Shown: positions 10,694 to 19,510 of the stretch, piece after piece
Layout: each line of letters begins with the position of its first letter
Position numbering within the stretch: position 1 is the first letter of the stretch
Virus record (IMG/VR): IMGVR_UViG_3300031576_000015
Location: 29,996 to 93,995 of that record
From: a virus
Lineage: Duplodnaviria; Heunggongvirae; Uroviricota; Caudoviricetes
DNA length: 64,000 nt
Reading direction: 5' to 3' (one strand)
Made by a program: the position numbers and the translations under genes
The notes under the pieces: model-generated
Database searches by the model: none
Told to the model about the DNA's origin: nothing
What the model saw: the letters and a program-made list of their open reading frames with translations, nothing else

Positions 10694-11877
10694 TACCCGT
10701 CACATGTGCGAAGGAAGTAGGTGCCTGTACCACTCGAAGTACCGTTGGCGAAACAGTACGCGGTGAGACACCCCAGTACACCACCAGCTGTCAGTACCAA
10801 CTCCGTAATTCCGTCAATTTGGACCGTGCTATCGCGCTCGACGTAGATATTTGATGCGACCCCGGGGACAAATGCAAGCGGAAAATAGAGATTGAGCGCA
10901 ACGACCCCGGCACCCATTGCGGAGGAAAAGGCGAGCGTCTCCACCGACCGGACCCCGAAGTCCCCAGACGCCAGCTCCATGAACGGACCCAGTGCCGTTG
11001 GCTGGAGGCGGTTGGCGATAGCCGAAGTGGTCATAGCCACGGCAGGTGTCGTCTGCGCCGCAGTTCCGCCCTGGTCTGTGTAGGAGTTTACCGTCAAGTT
11101 CGACGCGGTAGCACCCAGCGCCGTCGTGACGTCGAAGGTCATCATGACGCCATTACCGTTGGTATAGCGTGTCAGTGCCACACTGTTTATGGTCTGGTTA
11201 CCGGTCACGTTGGCATTGATGTTCCCAGCCGCCACGAGCAGGTCGACGAGAACAATCATGTTCACTGTCGAGCCGTGCGCGTATCCTAGCGAGAGCAGGT
11301 ACTTCTTGTCCGGGCTTGTCGGGTTCACCAGACCGAAGGACCACGCGCCCGTCGACGCCCGAGTGTGCTCCGCTCCACCCGGGATGTTCGTGTATGTTCC
11401 TGCGACAGGAAAACCGCCGGCCCGAAAGAGAGTCGAGTAGGCGGTAGCGACGGTAGTGATGGACGCCTTAGATAGGCTCACGTCGAAGCCCTTCCCCCCA
11501 CCACGCGCATTGATGATGCCGTCGTAGGTCGTAATGGCTCCCCGTTCAGCCCACTCGAGCGGTAACTTATGACCTATGAAACGTTCGATTAGCCTTTGAA
11601 TTGGACTACGTGGGAAAACATGTGCGGGGAAATGCGTCATTCCAAGCTCCTTGGGGTCCATGTTCAGATACAGCCCCTTGCCTGGAAGCACGCGACCTAT
11701 ATACTCCCCTCCAGGTCCGCAGTAGGGATGTGAGATGTGCGCCCCAATCCATGACGGTGGCATCGACCGCGCCATGGCCCCGGCGTAGGCTAGGTTCCTA
11801 GCCACCTGATCGGGATCAGAGCTAGGTGGAATCCAGATATGAGCCATTGTTAGGTCTGCTCCAGCATCGTATGCCAT
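10693..11877 (-). CDS. hypothetical virion structural protein
   Basis: 394-aa ORF in the structural block. Confidence 0.45.
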   Translation of the reverse strand: MAYDAGADLTMAHIWIPPSSDPDQVARNLAYAGAMARSMPPSWIGAHISHPYCGPGGEYIGRVLPGKGLYLNMDPKELGMTHFPAHVFPRSPIQRLIERFIGHKLPLEWAERGAITTYDGIINARGGGKGFDVSLSKASITTVATAYSTLFRAGGFPVAGTYTNIPGGAEHTRASTGAWSFGLVNPTSPDKKYLLSLGYAHGSTVNMIVLVDLLVAAGNINANVTGNQTINSVALTRYTNGNGVMMTFDVTTALGATASNLTVNSYTDQGGTAAQTTPAVAMTTSAIANRLQPTALGPFMELASGDFGVRSVETLAFSSAMGAGVVALNLYFPLAFVPGVASNIYVERDSTVQIDGITELVLTAGGVLGCLTAYCFANGTSSGTGTYFLRTCDG

Positions 11878-12104
11878 GTGTTACTCTTAGCCTCAATCAC
11901 CATTAAATACCCACCCCTACGATGCCTAAATATCCAGGGTCGAGAGATAACTCAAAATGCCGTGCTTCGCAGATTCGGCAAATACGTACAACTAAATCAG
12001 GACGTGCATCTGGGTGACCAATGATAACGGGAACATTCCCGGGCATCCGGCAGCATTTGTGTGGTGCCCTTGTCACGTAATCCTGGTCGTTCATATGCAG
12101 CCTC

Positions 12105-12563
12105 CTAAGTAAGTGTAAAGATAGTTCCATCTGTTACAACGTTGTTAAATTTAACTGTAAACGTCTCGCCATCAAGTAGCGTAAGAGCCGAACCGTAATC
12201 CCACCACGAGACTAACGGGTCGGCAGGGGTGACGGGTGTGTCATTATATAGCACGGCGTAACGAAATGGTCCAATGCTTCCTCCGGCGGCAGTCCAGACA
12301 ATCTGGTCCCCGTCAAGAGTAACTGTACCAGTTGCCCTCGTTCCATTAGAGGAGACGGTGTTGCCGCCGGCTGTATATCCATTGCCGGCCGCGATTTCGG
12401 TCAGGTCAGCCTTGACGCTGTTGGTGGCTACCGGGGCTGGCGAGTTCACCAGCATTAACTTAAGGATATCACCAGTTGGGGATCCAAAGAGGTCGTGGAT
12501 CTTGTTCGCTAAGTCCTCCACGAAGACATTGAACTTGTTGTAGACGACAGCAAGGTTAATCAT
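12105..12563 (-). CDS. hypothetical structural protein
   Basis: 152-aa ORF. Confidence 0.4.
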   Translation of the reverse strand: MINLAVVYNKFNVFVEDLANKIHDLFGSPTGDILKLMLVNSPAPVATNSVKADLTEIAAGNGYTAGGNTVSSNGTRATGTVTLDGDQIVWTAAGGSIGPFRYAVLYNDTPVTPADPLVSWWDYGSALTLLDGETFTVKFNNVVTDGTIFTLT

Positions 12564-12873
12564 GTTATTTCCTCGGTTCTAGGGGCTCCTGCCCGGTGGC
12601 AGAAGTCGGCCTAGACCTCTTGGCGTTTGCCTTGGAGGGCTTGTCGCTACCAACGAGCAGGCGCTCCTTGCGCAGGTGCTCAAGAAAGGCCTTGAGATCA
12701 ATCTCTACGTGGACGTCGATGGTCTTTCCCATTACGTTGTCCTATCCTGGTGCGGACAATAGCCGAAATGGCCTAGAGCAAAGTTACAGTTCATACAGAG
12801 AACCCGATAGCCGGGCGGAAAGCCCTGCTTACGGAGTAGGCCGCTGTCTTGGCTGCCTTATCCTTAAACGGCA

Positions 12874-13239
12874 TTAGGACCCTTCCGATACTGAGAAGCC
12901 CATCAGGGTGACCGTACCTATGATACCAACGCCCCCGGATGCCAACTCGGCCGAGACAGCCTCGTTAACATTCTCGGCGTCCAGTCCCTCGGACGCAAAG
13001 TCGAAAGCCCCTGAACCGTGGATGTACTTCTCGGCGATCAACGCGGCTCCGGACTTGAGTTGTAACAGTCCCGAAGTGCTGGAAGTGCTATAAGAGGCAT
13101 CTACCTGTAGGACGTAGTGTCGCGTGCCCGCCTGGGCAGCCTGGGTTGCCGTCGCCAAGGCAGCTGTCTGCTTGTCCTTGACAATGAACCCGTTCTGTAT
13201 TCGGGCCTTCGCAAAGTCGGCGGGGGAAGGGCGTGGCAT
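12874..13239 (-). CDS. hypothetical small structural protein
   Basis: 121-aa ORF. Confidence 0.4.
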   Translation of the reverse strand: MPRPSPADFAKARIQNGFIVKDKQTAALATATQAAQAGTRHYVLQVDASYSTSSTSGLLQLKSGAALIAEKYIHGSGAFDFASEGLDAENVNEAVSAELASGGVGIIGTVTLMGFSVSEGS

Positions 13240-13242
13240 GGA

Positions 13243-13623
13243 TTAGTGGAACCTAATGGCTACGACAATGTCGCGGGTGGCGCCCTGAGCGACGACTGCG
13301 CCCGAAGTCCCACTACGGACCTTCATGTAGCGGTAGCCATGGGCCAGGGCATCCGGGAAATCAGCTGGAATTACGGCGTGGAACGTATCGGCTTGTACCG
13401 GAGTGGCAACGGCGCCTATGACAACTTCAGTCGGTGCGCCAACACCGGCACTCTTGAACAGGTTAAAGTAGTCAATGCCATTGACGCTAACCTGGAATGT
13501 GACGGCAGCAGCTGTCCAGGCCGCCTTGATGATGAAGCCGCCAAAGACGCCACCGGCTAGGTCTATGACCCCGCTCAGGGAGGCGCCACTTAGGATCTGT
13601 ACTGCTGCGGTTGATACACCCAT
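13243..13623 (-). CDS. hypothetical small structural protein
   Basis: 126-aa ORF. Confidence 0.4.
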   Translation of the reverse strand: MGVSTAAVQILSGASLSGVIDLAGGVFGGFIIKAAWTAAAVTFQVSVNGIDYFNLFKSAGVGAPTEVVIGAVATPVQADTFHAVIPADFPDALAHGYRYMKVRSGTSGAVVAQGATRDIVVAIRFH

Positions 13624-13688
13624 AGGTGTCCTCTGATTACAGAAGTGATAGTACTAAGGGCGGGGCCAGTTAGACCCCGCCCTATGGA

Positions 13689-14135
13689 TTACAAGTCAAT
13701 GCCAGGCTGGATGTCGTCACCCGATACTCGCAGGGTGAAGACAACCTGCACGCCACGGAAGGCCGGGGTCGTGCCACCAAAGGCACCTGTGTTGAATGCC
13801 AGGATGTCGTTTGGCACCAGGCTAAAGGCTCCCGTCGGAACTGCCTCGACCAGGTTTGGCGCAGCAACACCGGTAACAGCTAGTGCGCCACCGGTGATAG
13901 CCGTGCCATTGATTGTGGGTGTGATTGTGACGGTGTTGTCGGCGTTTGCCTTGGCTCGAACACGTATCTGGCATCGAACAACCTTACCCGGGCCGGGGCC
14001 GTAATACTTGACCCCTTCGTGGCCGGTTGTCGAGGCTATGAGGGCTTCGTTTGCGACGGCCCCCATAGCGGTTATGACTATATATTCGTGAGCAGCATTG
14101 GATAACTTGCTAATGCTACGGTCATGTACGGGCAT
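13689..14135 (-). CDS. hypothetical protein, possibly a head decoration or auxiliary protein
   Basis: 148-aa ORF immediately downstream of the capsid gene. Confidence 0.4.
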   Translation of the reverse strand: MPVHDRSISKLSNAAHEYIVITAMGAVANEALIASTTGHEGVKYYGPGPGKVVRCQIRVRAKANADNTVTITPTINGTAITGGALAVTGVAAPNLVEAVPTGAFSLVPNDILAFNTGAFGGTTPAFRGVQVVFTLRVSGDDIQPGIDL

Positions 14136-14276
14136 GATATGGCCTCCTTGTTTATTAACGAGTCATGAGGAACGACTCGATGGATTGTTCCTCCCGGGAT
14201 ACTGCTGCCGGTGTGGACCCACACTCCCGGGAGGAAGATGTAGGCCCGCACCTTAATAACCGTTATAGGCTATTGG

Positions 14277-15434
14277 CTAATAACCTGTTGGCTCGTTCAG
14301 GTTTCGAAGGACTACGTGGCGGTCTGGCTGGTACGTGCCGAACTCCATGTGGCCTTCCAGCGTTGCGCTGTAGACAAGCTTGGAGGAGTCTCGGGCCAGG
14401 ATTGCGCCGTCGTCGTCCATCCAGTCAATGTCGGCCAGCATGAAGAAGCGGAGCACGCTCTCGTCGAGGCCGAAGACAACCTTCTTTTCGGCGTCTCGGT
14501 CGACGAACCAGGGCTTGCCATTGTACTCCAGAGCCTCGAAACCGGCGTCAAACTTCAGTGTGTTCACGTAGCGCCTGTCGGCGGTTACGATCTGCACATA
14601 GTTGGATCGCTGGCCCAGGTTGGAGTAGAAGGCGGAGAGCTTACCGCCACCCTTGATGTAGGCCTTGTCCTCCATCTGCTGCAGAAGTACCTGCGTCAGA
14701 TCTCGGTCCGTAGCGTTCTCAAGGGCTGTAGACTTCCAGTACTCGTTGGTTGCCCGTGCAATGTTCTGCAGGGTGCCAACGAAGTCGCCGTCGTCGACGA
14801 CGCCTAGTAGACCCATAACATTAATGCCGCGACCGGTGCTCTTGAAGATGAAGTCGTTGTTGGACCCATCGGACCAAGCAGTGTCGATCGTGATGACATG
14901 GGTGTCGTAGTTAACGTCTGTGACGGTCTTGGCGGCGCCACCACCCGTTCGCTGTGTACCACCCGTTCGCGCAGACCACATGTTTAGGACCATGTTCTTG
15001 CGGACGTTGAGGGAGTTGTCAGCGGTTAGGGAGGTTGTTGTAGCGCCTGCTGTGATCTTTGCAAGGGCACCAGACCCGTCGCTGTTAAGCATCCAGTTCA
15101 GGTCCTTGCGTAGGTTGTCGCCTACGTTCTTCAGCTTGAAGTCCACTGCCTGAACGAAGGCTCCCCGGTCATTCTTAGTGGCGGCGATGACCTTGGTGGT
15201 TACTTCGAACTTACCGAAGACCGTTCGGACTGGTCCGGACGATTCGGCCGTGGACTCTGTTCCCGGAGCGGGAATGGCAGAGTCTTCGCCGATAGCACCA
15301 GAGGTTTCACCCCATGCGGAGTGGACCGGGAAGTAAAACTTCTTACCTACCACATTCTCTCTATCCCGCTTGATGCGGTTATAGAGCACGATCTCCTTGT
15401 TGAACTGCTGCTGTAGTACTGGCAGGTAGTCCAA
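14277..15434 (-). CDS. major capsid protein (HK97-fold candidate)
   Basis: 385-aa ORF following the scaffold-like gene; size and position fit a major capsid protein. Confidence 0.6.
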   Translation of the reverse strand: MDYLPVLQQQFNKEIVLYNRIKRDRENVVGKKFYFPVHSAWGETSGAIGEDSAIPAPGTESTAESSGPVRTVFGKFEVTTKVIAATKNDRGAFVQAVDFKLKNVGDNLRKDLNWMLNSDGSGALAKITAGATTTSLTADNSLNVRKNMVLNMWSARTGGTQRTGGGAAKTVTDVNYDTHVITIDTAWSDGSNNDFIFKSTGRGINVMGLLGVVDDGDFVGTLQNIARATNEYWKSTALENATDRDLTQVLLQQMEDKAYIKGGGKLSAFYSNLGQRSNYVQIVTADRRYVNTLKFDAGFEALEYNGKPWFVDRDAEKKVVFGLDESVLRFFMLADIDWMDDDGAILARDSSKLVYSATLEGHMEFGTYQPDRHVVLRNLNEPTGY

Positions 15435-15451
15435 CTTCAGGACCGCGTCGA

Positions 15452-15949
15452 CTATTGGACTTTATCTTCATCCTTCTTGGCGGAAGGAGCAACCCGTAAA
15501 GTCTCTGAGGTACCCTTTCGAAGCGCGGCCAATTCGGCCCGCACCCTTTGCCCGAGGTCATCGGCATTTGTGTGGAAGGACCGTTCAAGCCGTTCACTGG
15601 TAAATTCCAGTAACTTCTCAGCTTGGTCCTTCTTGCCGACTAAAGCCGGGGCAATTTTGGGTAGGAAAGCGTGAACACGCTTAACACCCCGAATTGCAAG
15701 TCGTTTAATAGGCTTGTGCCGTGGGTTGTGCTTGGTCTGTGTCCAGACATACACACCAACATCCAGCCTATGAATGATATCAACAGCACGTTCAACAATG
15801 CGTTGATCGGTGTTGGTTATCGTAATTCGGGGGGTCCATTGGTGGCCGTGCTGTAAATCGAACGAGCCTTCGCCGTCGATTAGTCCGGCCAGCCATCCCA
15901 CTTCGATATCGGTTACCTGCTGATTGTCCCTTCCCTTGGTTTCTCGCAT
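15452..15949 (-). CDS. free-standing LAGLIDADG homing endonuclease
   Basis: Canonical 'WLAGLIDGEGSF' motif; ATG at 15949 with GAGGTG RBS (GTG alternative at 15958); sits between scaffold and capsid genes. Confidence 0.8.
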   Translation of the reverse strand: MRETKGRDNQQVTDIEVGWLAGLIDGEGSFDLQHGHQWTPRITITNTDQRIVERAVDIIHRLDVGVYVWTQTKHNPRHKPIKRLAIRGVKRVHAFLPKIAPALVGKKDQAEKLLEFTSERLERSFHTNADDLGQRVRAELAALRKGTSETLRVAPSAKKDEDKVQ

Positions 15950-16005
15950 TGTCAGCACCTCGGTTCAGCGGGAGTTTCCAGCATATGGGATTGTTGATCT
16001 TGCCA

Positions 16006-16078
16006 CTACAGAAACCCACCTGTATTACTACAGGGCCACTCTCGACATTGTTGTTAAAGTGGTCATGGTTTCTGTAGC
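16006..16078. repeat. 11-bp inverted repeat (ctacagaaacc / ggtttctgtag) with a 51-nt loop
   Basis: Perfect inverted repeat directly upstream of the homing endonuclease start; an extra 'actacag' copy at 16027. Confidence 0.6.
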
Positions 16079-16126
16079 CATGACTAGTTCACCTCTCGGT
16101 TAGGATGTTGAGTTGGTTTGGTTGGC

Positions 16127-17107
16127 TTACACGCCTTTACGGATGCTGATTGGGCTTCCACCCATAGCAGCCTTCATGCGTTCAAGAGCCGACGCTCGAG
16201 CGTCATCCCAGTCCTTCGGCTCCTTAGTAGATACAGCCGGAGCACCAGTTCGACCACCTGTCTCTACCCGCGCGTTGGCGTTGGCCTTGCGCTTCTCGAG
16301 ATTGGTGCGTTCTCGCTGGCTTACGAAAGCCTGCCAGTGGTCATTGCTGAGCTTGGCAAGCTCCTCGAGGTTAGCCTCCGGATTGTCCCGGAAGGCCTGG
16401 ATAACCTCATCGGGGAACAAGTATGGGTACTTGTCCTGCAAGGACGTGACTTGTCCCTGGGCATAGGCCTCGCGACCTGCGAAGTACTGATCCCAGGCAT
16501 ATTGGTTGTACTCCTGGAACCGTTTGTCGTAGGCCGTCAAGATCTGGGCTACCTGGCCGCGCATGGTGTCTATATCAGTGCGCCAAGGCTCCACTTCTGC
16601 TCCCGAAAAACCTTCCGGGGTAGCCGTTGGTTGGCCTTCGAAACCAGGCTGTGCCGCTGGTTCACCCTGCAGAACCCTTGCGATCTCGCGACCCAGGGTC
16701 TGCATCAGGTCTGGATATTGCTGGAGCGTGTTCCAGGCTTCGGCAGCCTGTCGATGCTCTGCGATCTGGCGTCGTTCCTCGGCTATCTCACTGGTCTTCT
16801 GCCGGTAGTCTTTCTCCAGCATCCCACCCTTGATGTAGCCTCGGAGGTCCGACGTCTTGTACTCTTTACCGTCAATGGTAAAGGGCTGATCGCTTTCTCC
16901 GCCTTCCAACTCGGCTCCTTCGGCGCCTTCAAGTTCGGTTGGCTCAAAGTTGAGCTCTGAACCCTCACCACCTATTGGTTGGCCGGTCTGAGCGAATCCG
17001 TCCATGTTACTCACCGTGTTTGTAGCACCGCTTGGCTTAGTAGGCTCCCCAAAGGGCTGGCCTCTACGAGCTGCAGTCGTGCCGTCTATGGGGCAGTGGA
17101 CAACCAC
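16127..17107 (-). CDS. scaffolding-like protein
   Basis: 326-aa acidic, Glu/Gln-rich coiled-coil-like ORF between portal and capsid. Confidence 0.5.
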   Translation of the reverse strand: MVVHCPIDGTTAARRGQPFGEPTKPSGATNTVSNMDGFAQTGQPIGGEGSELNFEPTELEGAEGAELEGGESDQPFTIDGKEYKTSDLRGYIKGGMLEKDYRQKTSEIAEERRQIAEHRQAAEAWNTLQQYPDLMQTLGREIARVLQGEPAAQPGFEGQPTATPEGFSGAEVEPWRTDIDTMRGQVAQILTAYDKRFQEYNQYAWDQYFAGREAYAQGQVTSLQDKYPYLFPDEVIQAFRDNPEANLEELAKLSNDHWQAFVSQRERTNLEKRKANANARVETGGRTGAPAVSTKEPKDWDDARASALERMKAAMGGSPISIRKGV

Positions 17108-17132
17108 CCCATGCTTTTATGGGTAGTGGATA

Positions 17133-17285
17133 CTACCCACGCTTTTTGTTGAAGAAACGAATCTGTGAGAGGCGCTTTCGCGCCTGAGCTAGGGACATGC
17201 CGGCCTTGCTAAGTTTCTTGCCGGTCTTGTGTGAGTACACCGTGTAACCACCTTCGGTCTTACGAATGACCGCCAGCCCCAGCAT
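17133..17285 (-). CDS. small Lys/Arg-rich protein (50 aa)
   Basis: ATG at 17285 preceded by TAAGGAGTAAAC RBS; not in the supplied ORF track because it is under 60 aa. Confidence 0.45.
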   Translation of the reverse strand: MLGLAVIRKTEGGYTVYSHKTGKKLSKAGMSLAQARKRLSQIRFFNKKRG

Positions 17286-17295
17286 GGTTTACTCC

Positions 17296-17751
17296 TTATG
17301 GCAACCTTCTTATGACAGCTTTCTTCTTAGGGGGAAGTCCGTAGTTCGGGCTTTCCATTTCGATGATACGACCACCTAGGCTATTGGGATTCTTGATAGC
17401 ATTCGGATTTGGGACAGGACCACCAAACGGCCCCTGACCACCCTCAACCCTCTCGATGACCTTGGCCGGGTTGTAGCTATCTTTTTCCTCTTCTGGCATT
17501 CCCATCTCTGGCCCCTCCATCCATCGCTCGTGAATTGCCGAGGCATTTTCCGCCAGCCCTTTTAGGGCGGCAATTGACATACGGTCGTCATAGACTCCAG
17601 CATCCTGGGCATCAGCGATGATGTCGTTCACGTCCTGAATGACCTTCTGGATCCGCTCGTTCAATTCAGCAGCCGAACCGCCACTCTCTGCGGCGGGGTT
17701 TATACCCCCCGGGACGGCTGCTAGTGGGTTCTCAAATGGGAGCTTAGGCAT
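17296..17751 (-). CDS. hypothetical protein
   Basis: 151-aa ORF. Confidence 0.4.
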   Translation of the reverse strand: MPKLPFENPLAAVPGGINPAAESGGSAAELNERIQKVIQDVNDIIADAQDAGVYDDRMSIAALKGLAENASAIHERWMEGPEMGMPEEEKDSYNPAKVIERVEGGQGPFGGPVPNPNAIKNPNSLGGRIIEMESPNYGLPPKKKAVIRRLP

Positions 17752-18114
17752 GTTACTTCCTCATCAGTTTCTTACGCCCGAGTTGGTAGCGAGCCTTCTC
17801 TAGGGCGTAGCGGTTGATCAAATTGTCGGACTCCGGCTTTACCCCGGCCGGGCCGCCACTCTCCCCATGCCCGGATTCGCGGGCCGGGTGGGCCTCTTCT
17901 TCGGAATGGGCTCCTACACCGACCTTCTTCTCGTGACTCATTGTCTCCTCCTACTTCACCATACGGGTGGGACTTTGTGCTCGTTCAGTTTTAATCCGTT
18001 CCTCCACCAACCGGCGACGACGCAACCGCTGCAATGCTGTCTCTCCCTTAGATGGCTTGCCCAGGTAGCCAATCTTCAGAACGGCATCCATGGTATTAAG
18101 AGTTTCTGTGGCCA

Positions 18115-18630
18115 TTAGGGTTTGGGCTTCTTGATTGCCGGAGCGAGCGGGTTGTGGACGCTGCGCTTGTATTCCTGTAGACGGCGCCACATGTCAGGAT
18201 GTCGGCGGTACAGCTCTAGATCAGCACGGTTCAGGCCCAGTGCCTTTGAGCGGGCCTCAACTTCGGCTTCTGCTCGTGCCCGTGCCCGATTTTGCATGGC
18301 ATAGGCGTCCTTTTCGTACTGGATGTCTTGCAAAGGGTTCTTGCCCTGTAGTAGGGTTGCGATTATGGCGCCCGTCAGCTTGGCACGATCACGGAATCTA
18401 CGCACCTGGCCTATATGGGTCATTTCGTGGACTATCAGTTGCTCAATGGGAATTTCTGAGTCGGGGTCGATTGCTATGTAGGGCTTTGTGAATGGCAGTG
18501 GGATGAGGCCAAGGTTCCAGCCTCGGACCTGACCGGCTAGTGGCGGGGGCAGCTCCTGCTGCCGCACGTCCACCCCTAACCGACTCGTCCACGGTGGTAG
18601 GTTAGCTTTGACTCGCTTAGCGTCCGCCAC
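18115..18630 (-). CDS. hypothetical protein with HExxH motif (possible zinc metallopeptidase)
   Basis: 171-aa ORF containing 'IVHEMTHIGQ'. Confidence 0.4.
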   Translation of the reverse strand: MADAKRVKANLPPWTSRLGVDVRQQELPPPLAGQVRGWNLGLIPLPFTKPYIAIDPDSEIPIEQLIVHEMTHIGQVRRFRDRAKLTGAIIATLLQGKNPLQDIQYEKDAYAMQNRARARAEAEVEARSKALGLNRADLELYRRHPDMWRRLQEYKRSVHNPLAPAIKKPKP

Positions 18631-18940
18631 GTCGCAGCCTCAGCCGGGCCATCAGTTGCCTGATCGCCCCGCCTAGACCGCCGGGCATGTCCCATGGAAC
18701 CGTCTTGTCGGGCAGTTCTTTCTCATACAGTTCCTGTAGTGTGCCCGGGCTGGCTTGACCAGATGGCCGTCGCCCCAATGGTACTATCTGCGGTTCCTCG
18801 AACTTTGGTGTCTGCCCTGTACCTGATGTCCCTGGCGCCGGCTTGCGGCCACGGCGTATGAGCTTGAACTGGGGTGGGTAGGATGGGAGCATGAACCACT
18901 CATCCTCCTCACCCGGGCGATCGACTAGGTCATTGAGCAT
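18617..18940 (-). CDS. hypothetical protein
   Basis: 107-aa ORF. Confidence 0.3.
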   Translation of the reverse strand: MLNDLVDRPGEEDEWFMLPSYPPQFKLIRRGRKPAPGTSGTGQTPKFEEPQIVPLGRRPSGQASPGTLQELYEKELPDKTVPWDMPGGLGGAIRQLMARLRLRRGGR

Positions 18941-19030
18941 GCCTGGAAACTGCCTGAAGATGTCGAGGAAGATTCTGGCCCATGCCAGCTAGTAGTCTGG
19001 CCAGTGGATTGTTAGGCTGGGGTGCTGGCA

Positions 19031-19501
19031 CTAGCGTGGCCCCCACGGATATGGTGCAAACGGATTAAACTCTGGCAGAGCTGGTTCAGGTGCGGCTGAT
19101 CTCTTTGGTCCGATCGGGGCTGCGGCCAAAGACTCTAGTAGCTCTGGTAGACCTTCTAGATCCGATACGGCCTTGCCTGTGTCATAGTCGTATCCATACT
19201 GCTTCCAGGTGTCCCGCATCTGGTTTTTGACCTGGTTCAGGTATTGCTCGAACTTCGGGTTGTAGTAGGACGGCTTTAGTTCGCGGCCTATCTCTCCCGC
19301 TTTATAACGTTCCATCGTCCGGCCACCCGGCTTGGCCTTTGACTTCGAGGCCATCTTACGGGCTCGCTCTTCGGCCGATCGGCGCTGGGTTTTCTGTCTG
19401 GATTGCTTGCGGCGCTTCGCCTCGGCCACGGCAGTTTCTGGATATCCCTGCTGATGGGTCATGCCAAAGGGTGGTTTTCTGGATTCCGAGTCGTATGCCA
19501 T
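19031..19501 (-). CDS. hypothetical basic protein
   Basis: 156-aa ORF. Confidence 0.4.
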   Translation of the reverse strand: MAYDSESRKPPFGMTHQQGYPETAVAEAKRRKQSRQKTQRRSAEERARKMASKSKAKPGGRTMERYKAGEIGRELKPSYYNPKFEQYLNQVKNQMRDTWKQYGYDYDTGKAVSDLEGLPELLESLAAAPIGPKRSAAPEPALPEFNPFAPYPWGPR

Positions 19502-19510
19502 AGTGCTCCT

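Noticed and set aside
14316-16960. Long plus-strand ORFs antisense to the capsid (14316-14807) and scaffold (16118-16960) genes
   Set aside because: They lie entirely inside better-supported minus-strand genes, lack RBSs, and have low-complexity translations.
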